DNA of 64,000 nt from Nitrososphaeraceae archaeon. Lineage in GTDB: Archaea; Thermoproteota; Nitrososphaeria; Nitrososphaerales; Nitrososphaeraceae. The position numbers were made by a program, and so were the translations under genes. Every line of letters begins with the position of its first letter. Within the stretch, counting starts at the first letter, position 1. The stretch is taken from positions 64,001 through 128,000 of the forward strand of contig DATGZA010000014.1 in NCBI GenBank assembly GCA_035297365.1. The letters are read 5' to 3'. The notes under the pieces were generated by a model. The model did no database searches and was not told where the DNA came from. It saw only the letters and a list, made by a program, of their open reading frames with translations. Below are positions 50,973 through 61,794 of the stretch, piece by piece.

Positions 50973-52349
50973 CTACCTCCAGGTTTTATTTTTTATTGTG
51001 ATTGCAGCATAAATTAACAGCCAAGTAAATAGGAAAGTCGATAATAAATTCATAAATGGTCTGTAAAACCATCTTGAATAACCCGGCCTTCTCAATCTAA
51101 CGTCAATACCATACATTAAACCTGCAAATGCTGCACCGGAAAGATAAAGTAAACCACTAAAATAATCTCCTGATAATGGTAACAAAATAAGTGATTTTAT
51201 AATTATATATGGTCTGAATAATCTCAACACAATAGTGACATAATAAAAAATGGCGGCAGGTAATGGTCTCTGCCAATATATTGAACCGGTAGCAAATATA
51301 CTTCTAATAAAACTCTTCCTCCATCGTATTTGTTGTTTGATTAGGGAACCTAAGGTATCTGGAACCCCGATCTCTACATTAACCTTTAAACTATATTTTA
51401 ATTTCCATAACTTTATTTTATTATCATTGAATTCAATAATTGTCTTATTTCTCTTCATATCCCTATCCAAATCTTTCACCTTTTCAAGGACAAATGCAGT
51501 AAGTCTTCTGTCTGTAGCAAATCTAAAATCGATCCCTAAAAAACGATCGTTAGTCCATTTATCCATATATTGTTTAACTGCTTCTCTTCTGAAAGCCGAT
51601 AATGCACCAGAACAACAAGTAAGAGATGAAAAGGAACTTTCCATTCCTTTTAGGATTCTGTATTGACCATCAAACCAAACATCTTGGATTTTTTCTAGTA
51701 AATTGCCTTTTTCCGCATTCCGAACTCTTCCATGCGCTGTAATAGCTCCAATTTCCTTATCTGATAGAAATATTTTAACTGCATTTGTAATAGCATCTGT
51801 TGCCATATTGCAATCACTGTCCATAAAAAAATAAAACTCGCCTTGGGCTATTTTTATTGCTTCTTTTATAGCGTGTTTTTTGCCTAAATTTACTGGCAAG
51901 TGTATTATAACTAAATTTGGATTACTTTTTTTTATCTGCTCTAGAATAATTGGTGTTTTGTCTGTACTTGCATCATTAACTACGATGATTTCTTTATATC
52001 CATATGACGAATTTATACAAGATTTTATACATCTTTCTATATTTCCTTCTTCATTTTTAACTGGAATAACAATTGATACTAACGGGTTCTCCATTGGGGG
52101 ATTGTCTTTCTTAATTTCATTAAAGGGATCTCTATATCTCAAGTATGACAAAGAAAATAGGGTAAATAAAATAAATGTTGTAATAACACTATAAAATCCA
52201 ACTGTAAAATCTATAATAAAAATCATGAAGTATATTTTTATTATCAAAATAATCGCTATAGCAGCAAGTATAAAATATCTCCATACCCATCTCCTGTTAC
52301 TCATTTCATGAGATTTGATTGACCCTTGTTCGATAATCATTTTTATCAC
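50973..52349 (-). CDS. Processive GT2 glycosyltransferase (hyaluronan synthase/NodC-like)
   Basis: DAS.D, GK, DSD, CCSGALSAFR, TDRRLT, QQIRW; N- and C-terminal TM helices. Confidence 0.9.
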   Translation of the reverse strand: MIKMIIEQGSIKSHEMSNRRWVWRYFILAAIAIILIIKIYFMIFIIDFTVGFYSVITTFILFTLFSLSYLRYRDPFNEIKKDNPPMENPLVSIVIPVKNEEGNIERCIKSCINSSYGYKEIIVVNDASTDKTPIILEQIKKSNPNLVIIHLPVNLGKKHAIKEAIKIAQGEFYFFMDSDCNMATDAITNAVKIFLSDKEIGAITAHGRVRNAEKGNLLEKIQDVWFDGQYRILKGMESSFSSLTCCSGALSAFRREAVKQYMDKWTNDRFLGIDFRFATDRRLTAFVLEKVKDLDRDMKRNKTIIEFNDNKIKLWKLKYSLKVNVEIGVPDTLGSLIKQQIRWRKSFIRSIFATGSIYWQRPLPAAIFYYVTIVLRLFRPYIIIKSLILLPLSGDYFSGLLYLSGAAFAGLMYGIDVRLRRPGYSRWFYRPFMNLLSTFLFTWLLIYAAITIKNKTWR

Positions 52350-52629
52350 AATTTCTCCTTTTATGTTAGTTTACATTTTTTATACTATTTTTATTTCAAA
52401 TATGAAATTCGATATTAAATATAATAGTAGATTATATTTAATCTGATTATCATAAAAATTTATTGATGTTAATTTTATTAAAATAAATAATGTGAATTTA
52501 TAATGATTATTAAAGAAAGCATATATACTTAATATTATTTATTTATATTAATATGAATTTATTGTTCATAAACCGTTATCATCATAACATAGAAATTTTT
52601 ACATATTATAATCAATCGATGGAATCAGG

Positions 52630-53361
52630 GTGCGAAAAATGCAAATAGTAAAGGTTAGTTCTGTATCATTCGAATATGGTTCGGAGAAAATTCTAGACGA
52701 TATTTCTTTTAGTGTGAATGAAGGTGATTTTCTGGGGATTATCGGACCAAATGGTGCGGGTAAGACCACTTTATTTTTTTGTATGCTCGGTTTAATAGAT
52801 GGATATACTGGTGAAATAAAAATATTTGGGGAAGATATTAGAAGAAATAAGAAAATTTTAAAGCAAATTGGATATATCCCACAAAGAAAATCAATTGACA
52901 CAAGGTTCCCACTTACTATAAAAGAATTGGTTTCTCTTTCAATTACAAACAAATCATATGTTAACAATGTGGATAAAGTCTTAAGATATGTTGACCTTTA
53001 TGATAATCGAAATAAAATAATCGGTCAATTATCTGGCGGACAGCAACAACGTGTTTTAATTGCAAAGGCACTCGTTAATAATCCTAAAATGTTGATGTTA
53101 GACGAACCAACAAACGGACTTGATCAAACAAGTCAAGATAATTTCTACCTCTTTTTAAAGCAACTGAATGATGAAGAAAAAATTACCATTATATGGACAT
53201 CACACGATCTGGACGCAGTAAATCGACTCTCTAATAAAATATCCTGTATTAATAAAAAAATGTTTTACCATGGAACAAAAGACGACTTCTTCTCTAATGA
53301 TAATAATTTAAAAAAATACTCTGAATCACAGATGCAAATTCATATGCATAGTCATTATTAA
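52630..53361 (+). CDS. znuC: Zn/Mn ABC transporter ATPase
   Basis: GPNGAGKT, IGYIPQ, LSGGQQQR, LDEP, SHD; His-rich tail. Confidence 0.88.
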   Translation: MRKMQIVKVSSVSFEYGSEKILDDISFSVNEGDFLGIIGPNGAGKTTLFFCMLGLIDGYTGEIKIFGEDIRRNKKILKQIGYIPQRKSIDTRFPLTIKELVSLSITNKSYVNNVDKVLRYVDLYDNRNKIIGQLSGGQQQRVLIAKALVNNPKMLMLDEPTNGLDQTSQDNFYLFLKQLNDEEKITIIWTSHDLDAVNRLSNKISCINKKMFYHGTKDDFFSNDNNLKKYSESQMQIHMHSHY

Positions 53362-53394
53362 TAAAATTGGATTTGAAGTTGAATGTTGATTTAA

Positions 53395-54216
53395 ATGCAA
53401 GAATTTTTTGATTTTTTTTCGTTCGGATATATTCAACGAGCCTTAATCTCTGGGATTTCGATCGCAATAATGTGTTCATTAATTGGATTATTTCTTGTTT
53501 TACGAAAACAATCACTTTTTGGGGACGCGATTTCTCATATGGCTTTTGGGGGCATAGCTATAGGAACATATTTGAATATTTACCCCTTCTGGACTGCAAT
53601 AATTTTTTCTGCTTCTTCTGCCCTGGCCATAAATAAAATACGATATTACACTAAGCTTAACGCGGATTCAATGGTTGCTGTCTTGTTATCTTTTGGTCTT
53701 GGAATAGGAGTAACTTTGATAAGCATATCCGATGGTTTTTCTGTTGATTTATTCAGTTTTCTTTTTGGAAGCATCCTGTTGGTAAGCTATGAAGATGTAT
53801 TAATCACTGTTGGAATGGTTATTATTGTTACGTCAATAATTGGTTTATTTTTCAAAAAATTCATTTATGTTACTTTTGATGAAGATCAAGCAAAAATTAG
53901 TGGTTTGCATGTTGAACAACTTGATAATTTATTTATAGTTTTGGTTGCAGTAACTGTAATAGTTTCTATGAAGCTAGTTGGAATTCTTCTTATATCTTCC
54001 TTGATAGTCATTCCAAATATTGCATCGCTGATGTTAAATCAAGGCTTCAAAAGAACTCTTTTTATTTCTATAATAATATCTGCATGTTCTGTTTTCTTTG
54101 GGATAATTCTTTCATATTATTTTAATACTGCTCCAAGTGGTATGATCGTATTGTTATCAGTTGGGATTTTCATTGCAGTTATAATATCCAAATATCTTTA
54201 TCAAAATATTGCTTAA
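53395..54216 (+). CDS. znuB: Zn/Mn ABC transporter permease
   Basis: GDAISH, FLFGSIL, TFDE, VGILL. Confidence 0.88.
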   Translation: MQEFFDFFSFGYIQRALISGISIAIMCSLIGLFLVLRKQSLFGDAISHMAFGGIAIGTYLNIYPFWTAIIFSASSALAINKIRYYTKLNADSMVAVLLSFGLGIGVTLISISDGFSVDLFSFLFGSILLVSYEDVLITVGMVIIVTSIIGLFFKKFIYVTFDEDQAKISGLHVEQLDNLFIVLVAVTVIVSMKLVGILLISSLIVIPNIASLMLNQGFKRTLFISIIISACSVFFGIILSYYFNTAPSGMIVLLSVGIFIAVIISKYLYQNIA

Positions 54217-54325
54217 TTTTTTCAGTCATATTTCAACAGTCAAATAAATATGTTTATTATGCTTATCCTTGAATGAAATATCCTTCAATGAAAATAAGAT
54301 GAATTCTATCCATAAAAAGATGTTT

Positions 54326-55021
54326 TTAAGTCATCTCATTTATAACCTGATCAAATACTGAATATGGATATGCTCCCTGTATTGCAACTGGCGTAGTACC
54401 ATTGTATAGAATAAATGACGGAGTACTTGTTAAACCAATACTTCTTGCTAGCTTATCATTTTCACTTACTAAGGAATTGTATTTATGTGATTCAACACAG
54501 TCAGAAAACTTCATTAAATCAGGCACTCTGACGTTATTAGCAAATTGTTTCAAGTTGTCTTTAGTTACCCATCCTGTATTCTCTCCATTTGAATTTCTAT
54601 ACAATTCATCATGATAATTCCAGTATTTGCCTTGTTCTGCTGCACAATAAGATGCCTCAGCTGCTAATGTAGACGCCTTATCACTAGGAAGATCGTTTAC
54701 TATAAAATCTTTGAAAATAAATCTAACTTTTCCAGTTTCCACAAAATTTGTGACCAAAGAATCCTTTGTTTCCTTATTAAAACGTGCGCAAAAAGGACAT
54801 TGATAATCTCCAAATTCAACTATAGTTAATTTTGATTTGTCTTCTCCTATAGCGGATGCATTAGCAGTTATTGGTTGAAGCAAATTACGAATGATATCCT
54901 GGGTTTGTTCAGAATCTGGAACAGATTTATTTTTGGGAGCAAAATTGAGAAAACCTAGTAAGGTTCCAAGTAGCATTATTGCCATGAGTGTAATACTAGC
55001 AATTACAATTTTTTTCCTCAT
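54326..55021 (-). CDS. DsbA-family thiol-disulfide oxidoreductase
   Basis: N-terminal TM, EFGDYQCPFC, STPSF, GAYPY. Confidence 0.9.
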   Translation of the reverse strand: MRKKIVIASITLMAIMLLGTLLGFLNFAPKNKSVPDSEQTQDIIRNLLQPITANASAIGEDKSKLTIVEFGDYQCPFCARFNKETKDSLVTNFVETGKVRFIFKDFIVNDLPSDKASTLAAEASYCAAEQGKYWNYHDELYRNSNGENTGWVTKDNLKQFANNVRVPDLMKFSDCVESHKYNSLVSENDKLARSIGLTSTPSFILYNGTTPVAIQGAYPYSVFDQVINEMT

Positions 55022-55121
55022 ATTTTATCATTACAATAAAACTTCTTATTAATCATGTGGCTCATAAATAGGTCGACTATGTTCAGAACAATTAAATCTT
55101 GGTCTGATTGCTTTTATATAT

Positions 55122-55286
55122 ATGAGCACTGGTGGACTAGGGAGTGTTACATATGACTGCATGAGATGTGGGACTGGTGTCACCATTGAGGAATTATCAA
55201 CATTACCCGAAATAAAATGTATTTGTGGTTTCAGAGTATTTAGGAAAGCTAGACAACCTGTAGTAAAACAAATAAAGGCAATCTAA
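55122..55286 (+). CDS. rpoP: RNA polymerase subunit P/Rpo12
   Basis: Manual translation MSTGGLGSVTYDCMRCG...IKCICGFRVFRKARQPVVKQIKAI*; missing from the ORF track. Confidence 0.92.
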   Translation: MSTGGLGSVTYDCMRCGTGVTIEELSTLPEIKCICGFRVFRKARQPVVKQIKAI

Positions 55287-55378
55287 TCAATATTGGGTCC
55301 TTTAGTATTGAAAGAAAATTTAAATTAAATTGCTGGGGTATAGTTTATTGCCTTCTTAATATTATAATATATTATTAC

Positions 55379-55552
55379 ATGAAAATAATATGTCCAGATT
55401 GTAAAAAAACTGCTCATTTAGCCGATGATTTTACTCTAGTAAAATGCATGTATTGTTCTCTTGAACTAAGTTATGGGGAATACGTCAAATATATCGCATA
55501 CAAAGATCCTAGGTATAGTGATATTTTGAGTGATTACAAGAGAAACGCCTGA
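55379..55552 (+). CDS. 57-aa zinc-ribbon protein
   Basis: MKIICPDCKK...VKCMYCSLELSYGEYV...*; two CxxC motifs. Confidence 0.75.
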   Translation: MKIICPDCKKTAHLADDFTLVKCMYCSLELSYGEYVKYIAYKDPRYSDILSDYKRNA

Positions 55553-55889
55553 AAGTGCTATAAAAATAAAATACTAGCTACAAACACTAGAATTCTAGAA
55601 GAATTACAAATTTAATTATTTTTGTACCAATAAAGAAATAAATATCCATAATAATGAAAGCAGTATTTACAAAAGGATAAACTATAGTTATTCTATATAA
55701 TAGTGTCTATTAATTTCTACTTAAATTTCTAGAAAACAAAAAAGAATTATATATAATCGTTAACAAAATAATAAAATAATTATTAGTAATTTTTTGGCGA
55801 TAAAATACGATACCTTTGTCAAATAATATATAAAAATAGTGGTGATCTTAAGCTAACCGTCTATTACATCTAGAAAATACATTAAGAAT

Positions 55890-56460
55890 AGAAACTTGAG
55901 AACTCCTCATACCATTATGCACGAATTCAAATAATTGAATGCAATTGGAAAAATGCCAGAAATCCAATAAATTTTCCTACATATAGAATAATAATGAAAT
56001 TGTTCCTTTCCATTTCTCGCATATTGAATGGTCATTTTCATTATCTTCTTTTTATTCATTATCTTCTTTTTAATAAGGCGCATCTAACCGATGTTCCAAT
56101 CTCAAAGAAGTGCAGACATGTGAATATCAACTACTACAATCTTGATATCTTACCTCTACCATATTTTCAACTCGCGAATAGAGAAAGTGTTCAGTAACAA
56201 CTATGTTTCTGTGCCTTGAAATTTAAGCACAAATTACAATCTATGCACTACTTGAACTGCGACTCATAGACATCATTTTGAGTTTGCGATTTTTACCAAT
56301 GCAGATATTCTTTATAGATAGATTTGTTTTGGATGAACTTTGTAACCGTTCCTATATCATATTAATCTCTTTCTACCTACAAATGGTTTTATACTGTTGT
56401 TACATCAAGAAAACTGAATCCCAGAAAATACAAATATAGTTCATACATGATTATCTGGCT
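55890..56460 (-). mobile_element. Decayed IS6-family transposase
   Basis: Fragments IIMYELYLYFLGFSF, RNIVVTEHFL, CTSLRLEHRL, TIQYARNGKEQFH, IQLFEFVHN; ends approximate. Confidence 0.68.
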
Positions 56461-56580
56461 GAATGCGCTTTCAGGTACCGATAAACCCAATAACAGCACC
56501 ATTAATTGTCGGAATATCCCAATTTGGTAGAAGTAGCTACTTATTCATTTTTATTATTCTTATTTCTATATTTCTATAAA

Positions 56581-56883
56581 ATGAGTATTAGTGAAAAAAA
56601 GATTAATGAATTAAGACCAGGAATGAGAGGAATAAATGTTAAAGTAAAAGTAGATAGCATATCTGAACCAAGAAATGTTAATTTAAGAACTGGTGGCCAA
56701 GCCAAGGTAGCAGATGCTCAAGTGTCTGATGAAACAGGTGTTATCAAATTATCGTTATGGGATGATCAAATCAATATGATTGAAGAAGGTGATATGATAT
56801 TGATTGAAAATGGGTATACTCACGCATTCAGGGGAGAAAATAACCTAAATATAGGAAAATACGGCAAAATTGTAAAACTATAA
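56581..56883 (+). CDS. ssb: Single-OB-fold ssDNA-binding protein
   Basis: INELRPGM..V..KV, DETG.IKLSLW, IENGY, LNIGKYG; start at ATG 56581. Confidence 0.88.
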   Translation: MSISEKKINELRPGMRGINVKVKVDSISEPRNVNLRTGGQAKVADAQVSDETGVIKLSLWDDQINMIEEGDMILIENGYTHAFRGENNLNIGKYGKIVKL

Positions 56884-56982
56884 CGAAAATAGCAAAGACG
56901 AAATTTTATATACTCCTAAATTATATCAACGAACAGTCCAGTTCTGAGATAAGTTATAAATGGGAAATATAGAATCGCAATT

Positions 56983-57522
56983 GTGAACGATAAGATATTA
57001 TCTATAAATAAAATTTCAAGCGGAACGATAGACAATATTAATGTAGTAATTGAGATCCCTAAGGGCAGTAATATCAAATATGAGATTGATAAGGAAACTG
57101 GTGCACTATTTGTCGACAGGATATTATTTACGGCAATGTTCTATCCAACCAATTATGGTTTCATTCCATCTACACTTGAAGGTGACGGTGATCCTGTAGA
57201 TGTATTAGTACTGGGAGAATTCACAGTAATTCCACTTTCTGTTATTCGGGCAGTTCCGATTGGTATCCTATATACTGAGGATGAAGAAGGTCAAGATTCC
57301 AAAATTATTGCGATCCCCATAAAAAAAATAGATTCAAGTTTTTCACCAATAAATGACGTTAGTGATATACCAAATATTACCAAAAAACAGATCGAACATT
57401 TCTTTGAACATTATAAGGAATTAGAAGTAGGAAAATATGTGAAAATTTCCGGATGGGGAAACAAAGAGGCAGCTCAAAAAAAGATTTCAGAAGCTATTGA
57501 CAGATTTTCTAATTCAAATTAA
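56983..57522 (+). CDS. ppa: Inorganic pyrophosphatase (family I)
   Basis: [25 protein letters not shown]. Confidence 0.96.
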   Translation: MNDKILSINKISSGTIDNINVVIEIPKGSNIKYEIDKETGALFVDRILFTAMFYPTNYGFIPSTLEGDGDPVDVLVLGEFTVIPLSVIRAVPIGILYTEDEEGQDSKIIAIPIKKIDSSFSPINDVSDIPNITKKQIEHFFEHYKELEVGKYVKISGWGNKEAAQKKISEAIDRFSNSN

Positions 57523-57556
57523 ATTCATATTTGAAGTAGAAAAACAATGTCATATG

Positions 57557-58762
57557 TTATAATGCCTTGAATTGTTCACTCCATCTCATGTAAGCTCTGA
57601 TCATGTCTATGCTAACACTAGGCTTCCTTATCTTTATTAATTCCTTAAAATCGTTCATCGATACTGGACGAGGATTAGAATCTTCTTCCAACGCCTTACC
57701 GCTATCGAATAATTCATTCACAACACGTAGCTGTGCAGCTTGGCAAATATCTTTAATATCGCTTGCACTATATCCTTGAACAAGTTTAGCAAGATCTTCA
57801 ATTTTAAGACCTTTTTCCTTCTTCAAGGGTGCTGTATATTGTTTAAACAAATAATTTCTTGAATCATTATCTGGTAAAGTAACATAAATTCTCTTTTGAA
57901 ATCTTCTCAGAAAACCTGCTTCCAAGCTCCATGGTTTATTTGTTGCACCTATCACGTACAATTTAGAATCTTTGGCCTTGTTATTTATCCCATCCATCTC
58001 TGTTAGGAATTGATTTTTAACTCTTATCTCTCCTCCGACCTCTCCATTTCTTGTACCTAATAGCGAATCTATTTCATCGATGAAAAGTAATATTGGGATA
58101 TTTTCTGTTTCTAGTAATTTATTGGCCATCTTAAATAACTTAGAAACGTTTTTCTCAGCCTCTCCTAACCATTTACTCATCATTGCTGCAGCGTCCACAT
58201 TTATAAAATATCCATCTATTTCAGCAGCAGCAGCTGCAGCCAATAAAGTCTTTCCACATCCTGGAGGGCCATAAAGTAATATTCCACGTGGCCATCCGAG
58301 AGGAAAAAGATCAGATCTTTTCATTGGATAAACAATAGATTCACGTATGGCTCTTTTAGCGTCATCTAACCCAATAACTTCCTGCCATGAGACATTGGGT
58401 TTTTCTCTCATAACCAGATTATCAAATTCGTCACCAAGTTGATCTTTAGGCTTTTTCCCGTCCATTGCCATTTTTTTTCCATGACTTTCTTGTTCATTTA
58501 AAATCAGGTCATCACTTTTATCATCCTCGAGAATGTTGGACATCTGTAATGATTTTATTCTATTCATATAAGCATTAGCTCTTTCCATGTAAATTTTATT
58601 TAGTTTATATTCTGGATAAATCTGAATTAACTTATTAAGGGCCTCTATCGCATGTTGATATAATTGAATAGCTTTTATCCTAGAACCTTGAGAGTCTAAC
58701 CTTATTGCTTCTGCAGCAAATTTACTAGCACTATTTTCTAATTCTTGTGGGGCTAAAATCAT
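57557..58762 (-). CDS. cdvC: Vps4-like AAA+ ATPase CdvC
   Basis: N-terminal MIT domain; GPPGCGKT, SKWLGEAEK, FIDEID, RRFQKRIY. Confidence 0.9.
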   Translation of the reverse strand: MILAPQELENSASKFAAEAIRLDSQGSRIKAIQLYQHAIEALNKLIQIYPEYKLNKIYMERANAYMNRIKSLQMSNILEDDKSDDLILNEQESHGKKMAMDGKKPKDQLGDEFDNLVMREKPNVSWQEVIGLDDAKRAIRESIVYPMKRSDLFPLGWPRGILLYGPPGCGKTLLAAAAAAEIDGYFINVDAAAMMSKWLGEAEKNVSKLFKMANKLLETENIPILLFIDEIDSLLGTRNGEVGGEIRVKNQFLTEMDGINNKAKDSKLYVIGATNKPWSLEAGFLRRFQKRIYVTLPDNDSRNYLFKQYTAPLKKEKGLKIEDLAKLVQGYSASDIKDICQAAQLRVVNELFDSGKALEEDSNPRPVSMNDFKELIKIRKPSVSIDMIRAYMRWSEQFKAL

Positions 58763-58961
58763 AATTTTTATCGACTATCCTAGAATTCATTTGGATTTTT
58801 ATTACTATTATGTGAATCTTAATTGTTCAACAAACCAAAAAATTTGTACCAAATATTTTGTGGATCATTAGACATCACTATTTACTATTAGATCAAAAGT
58901 ATTATAAATGAACAATATTTATTTAATCTTCTTGTATACGTTATAATACTTTCAAATATTT

Positions 58962-60236
58962 CTAGAAAAACGCAGAAATTGTTTTTTGTATATTATTATC
59001 TTTATTTCTTTTTTGATATTCTAATGATTCTTCTAACATTTTTAAAATTTTCTTATCCTTAGTTTCTTCTACGTAAATTACATAAATCAAAGCACTATTT
59101 TTATTATTAGATTTCCTAATTACTCTTCCAATTCTCTGAATCAATTGATTCATGTTTTGTGTGTTTGAGACTATTATTGCTATACCTACAGAAGGAAGAT
59201 CAAATCCTATTTCCAAAGTATGAACTGATAATAACACAAAAAATGATTTGCCCCAATCGTCTAAAATTGTCATTCTCTGTCGAGATTTAATTTTGTTGTG
59301 AATTACTTCTGCCCTTATACTGTATTTGCCAAGCATCTCTCTGATCTTATTAATGGATTCAATGGTTTCACTAAAGATCATTATTTTCTCAGTTGGATGG
59401 TTTTTAACAATTTTAATAGTTTCATCCAATTTCGATAAAGTCTCATTCAGTAATTTCTTTCTTTTCTGAACGTATGAAAACCACTGTTTTGCTAATCTCG
59501 AATTTATGCCCCCATATTTTAATAATCTAGAAATTTCGATCGGATTAGAAGATTTCAATTTTAATGATATTTCTCTTATTGATTTGGACATATCTTCATA
59601 TTCTTTTCTCTCCTTAAAATTTAGTTTTACAGGCCTGATTATTACTTTCGGTTCAGTTAATCTTCCATCATCCACAGCTTCCTTAATCATATATTTTCTG
59701 ACAGGCGGTATCAGCGCAATTATTTTGGAATATTTGGGATCTCTTTCGTCTATTGTAGCTGTTAGACCCAAGATAGCTTTACTGAAATCTTCTTCTAAAA
59801 TTGAAAAAATATTGCTTAATTTCTTGGCAGTGGAAGAAACAAGATGAACCTCGTCTAATATAACCATTTTAGAGTTTCGGATTAGATCAAAATTCCTTAT
59901 AATGCTTTGATATGTACTAAACGTTATTTCCTTGATATCTTTTTTCTCGCCATAGAAAACACCGATACATTCTTTTTTTATACCATATTGATTCAATCTT
60001 GTGATATTTTGTGCGATCAATACAATACGTGGGACGAGAAAAAGAATATTAAAAGGCGCGTCAGAATTTTCTTTTTTTGCTAATCGTCTAGCACATTCAA
60101 ATGCTATCTCTGTTTTTCCAGTCCCTGTACTGTAGATGATGGATCCTCTATTTTGATTTCTTAACCAAGAATTTACGGCTTCTATCTGATCCTTTTCTAA
60201 GTTAAATGGAAATTTTAAAGATGTAATTTCTGACAA
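58962..60236 (-). CDS. SF2 DExH helicase (XPB/ResIII-like)
   Basis: TGTGKT, DEVH, LTAT, GFDLP, QRIGR. Confidence 0.85.
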   Translation of the reverse strand: MSEITSLKFPFNLEKDQIEAVNSWLRNQNRGSIIYSTGTGKTEIAFECARRLAKKENSDAPFNILFLVPRIVLIAQNITRLNQYGIKKECIGVFYGEKKDIKEITFSTYQSIIRNFDLIRNSKMVILDEVHLVSSTAKKLSNIFSILEEDFSKAILGLTATIDERDPKYSKIIALIPPVRKYMIKEAVDDGRLTEPKVIIRPVKLNFKERKEYEDMSKSIREISLKLKSSNPIEISRLLKYGGINSRLAKQWFSYVQKRKKLLNETLSKLDETIKIVKNHPTEKIMIFSETIESINKIREMLGKYSIRAEVIHNKIKSRQRMTILDDWGKSFFVLLSVHTLEIGFDLPSVGIAIIVSNTQNMNQLIQRIGRVIRKSNNKNSALIYVIYVEETKDKKILKMLEESLEYQKRNKDNNIQKTISAFF

Positions 60237-60375
60237 ATACTATCGAAATATACCTAATGTGATTAATAATTCTAATCAAATGAACTTGTTTTAGATGGTT
60301 ATTGTAGACTTTCAATTCATGGTTTACAATATTAAAGATTATTTATTCGAGTATTTTAATACATAACATCTTTCA

Positions 60376-60882
60376 ATGAATGTATTTGTTTTAATGTTGA
60401 AGCAAGACGATCCGACTAAATGTACTGCTGCAAAGTTAAAAAAGTTTCATCTAATTAATTCAACAACATTCATACCTAAAAACACAATTGTTTTAAATGC
60501 ATTTTCTAAAATTGTGCTGTGCAGAGACGATCTAAATAATGGAAAATCATTATGTGCTATCGATTGTTCGTGGAATTATATCCAAGAAACACTAAATAAA
60601 TTTAAAATCATAAAAAAAAGAATCAACAGACGTCTTCCTCTCCTCCTTGCTGGAAATCCAGTAAATTACGCTAAGTTGGGAAAATTAACAACAGCGGAGG
60701 CCTTGGCAGGGTCTCTTTATATTCTGGGATATCAATCCAGAGCAGAAGAATTATTGAATAAATTCAAATGGGGACACACGTTTTTAGAACTGAATTTGGA
60801 AATCCTAAAATCATATAGTGAAAGACAGAATCCTGAAGAAATTAAAAAGAGTGAAAAGGAATATTTTCCAAATGTATATTAG
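60376..60882 (+). CDS. tsr3: rRNA aminocarboxypropyltransferase Tsr3
   Basis: DDPTKCT, DCSW, RRLPLLLAGNPVNY, FKWG.TF. Confidence 0.95.
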   Translation: MNVFVLMLKQDDPTKCTAAKLKKFHLINSTTFIPKNTIVLNAFSKIVLCRDDLNNGKSLCAIDCSWNYIQETLNKFKIIKKRINRRLPLLLAGNPVNYAKLGKLTTAEALAGSLYILGYQSRAEELLNKFKWGHTFLELNLEILKSYSERQNPEEIKKSEKEYFPNVY

Positions 60883-60904
60883 ATAATATATATTTTGTAA
60901 CAAC

Positions 60905-61189
60905 GTGAGCTAGAGCGCGAGTTACTCATAATGAGAGGAAACTCCTCCCTCATAGCAGGCACCCAAATTAGCGATAATTAGCTGGAGACAGCTGGCAACG
61001 TAACAGAAAAGCTATCTAGAAGAGTCTATATATCTGTGATGGTTAATCGCCTGAGATCCCCTTACCTAGAATGAAACTGACGACCTGGGTGGAGCAAGGC
61101 CAAAACGAGTTATAATGTTCCTGCACTTACTCAGGTTGGCCGCTTAGCGAAATCTCGCATAAACAGAAGGAGGGTTATTCCTAGCACAC
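60905..61189 (+). ncRNA. rnpB: Archaeal RNase P RNA
   Basis: P1 GTGAGCTAG/CTAGCACAC; GAGGAAACTCCTCC pairs with AACAGAAGGAGGGTTA (P4); ACAGAAA, TGAAAC and GAGCAAG conserved regions; GC-rich island. Confidence 0.92.
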
Positions 61190-61247
61190 TATACCTTCAA
61201 ATGAGTGTTCTGGGCATATTTTTTTATCATACCTCGATAAAACAAGA

Positions 61248-61772
61248 TTGTCTTACCAATTGGCAACAATATTAGAACAAGAAGAAAAGCAAGAACTAGA
61301 AAAAAGGATAGATTCAATCACCAAATCTTGTAAGCCCTTTATCAATAAAATGTTAAAAAATTTGACAGATAAGAACCCAGAAAACGCCAATAATATCTGT
61401 GACTATATAATTGCTGAACAAACAGAATTCAATATCAAAGATTCTACCAAGATTGGAAAGATAAAAGCACTTGTATATTTATCACGTTTCTGTAATGATA
61501 AAAATTTTAAAGAGATGACAAAACAGGATATTTTGGATCATCTTAATACTTTTAGACCTCACGATCATAATAATAGCAATAATAATCAAACTTCTGCTAA
61601 TAACAACAAGTGGATCGGCACCTACAATTTCAGACAGATGATCTTTGGCAAATTCTTTAGATGGTTATACAATCCTGATGAAGCAGATCCAACCAAGAGA
61701 GAAAAACCAGATTGTATGAAAGGAGTCAGAAAGTTACCAAAAAAAAGAAAAATCATCATACAATTCTGGTGA
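61248..61772 (+). pseudogene. Tyrosine integrase N-terminal fragment (catalytic domain absent)
   Basis: ENANNICDYIIAEQTE.NIK.ST, FKEMTKQDIL..L, KWIGTYN..KFFRWLYNP resemble nitrososphaeral integrase N-termini; frame breaks at an A8 run; no R-H-R-Y domain follows. Confidence 0.75.
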
Positions 61773-61794
61773 TATCTGGGAAATCATCAGAGAT

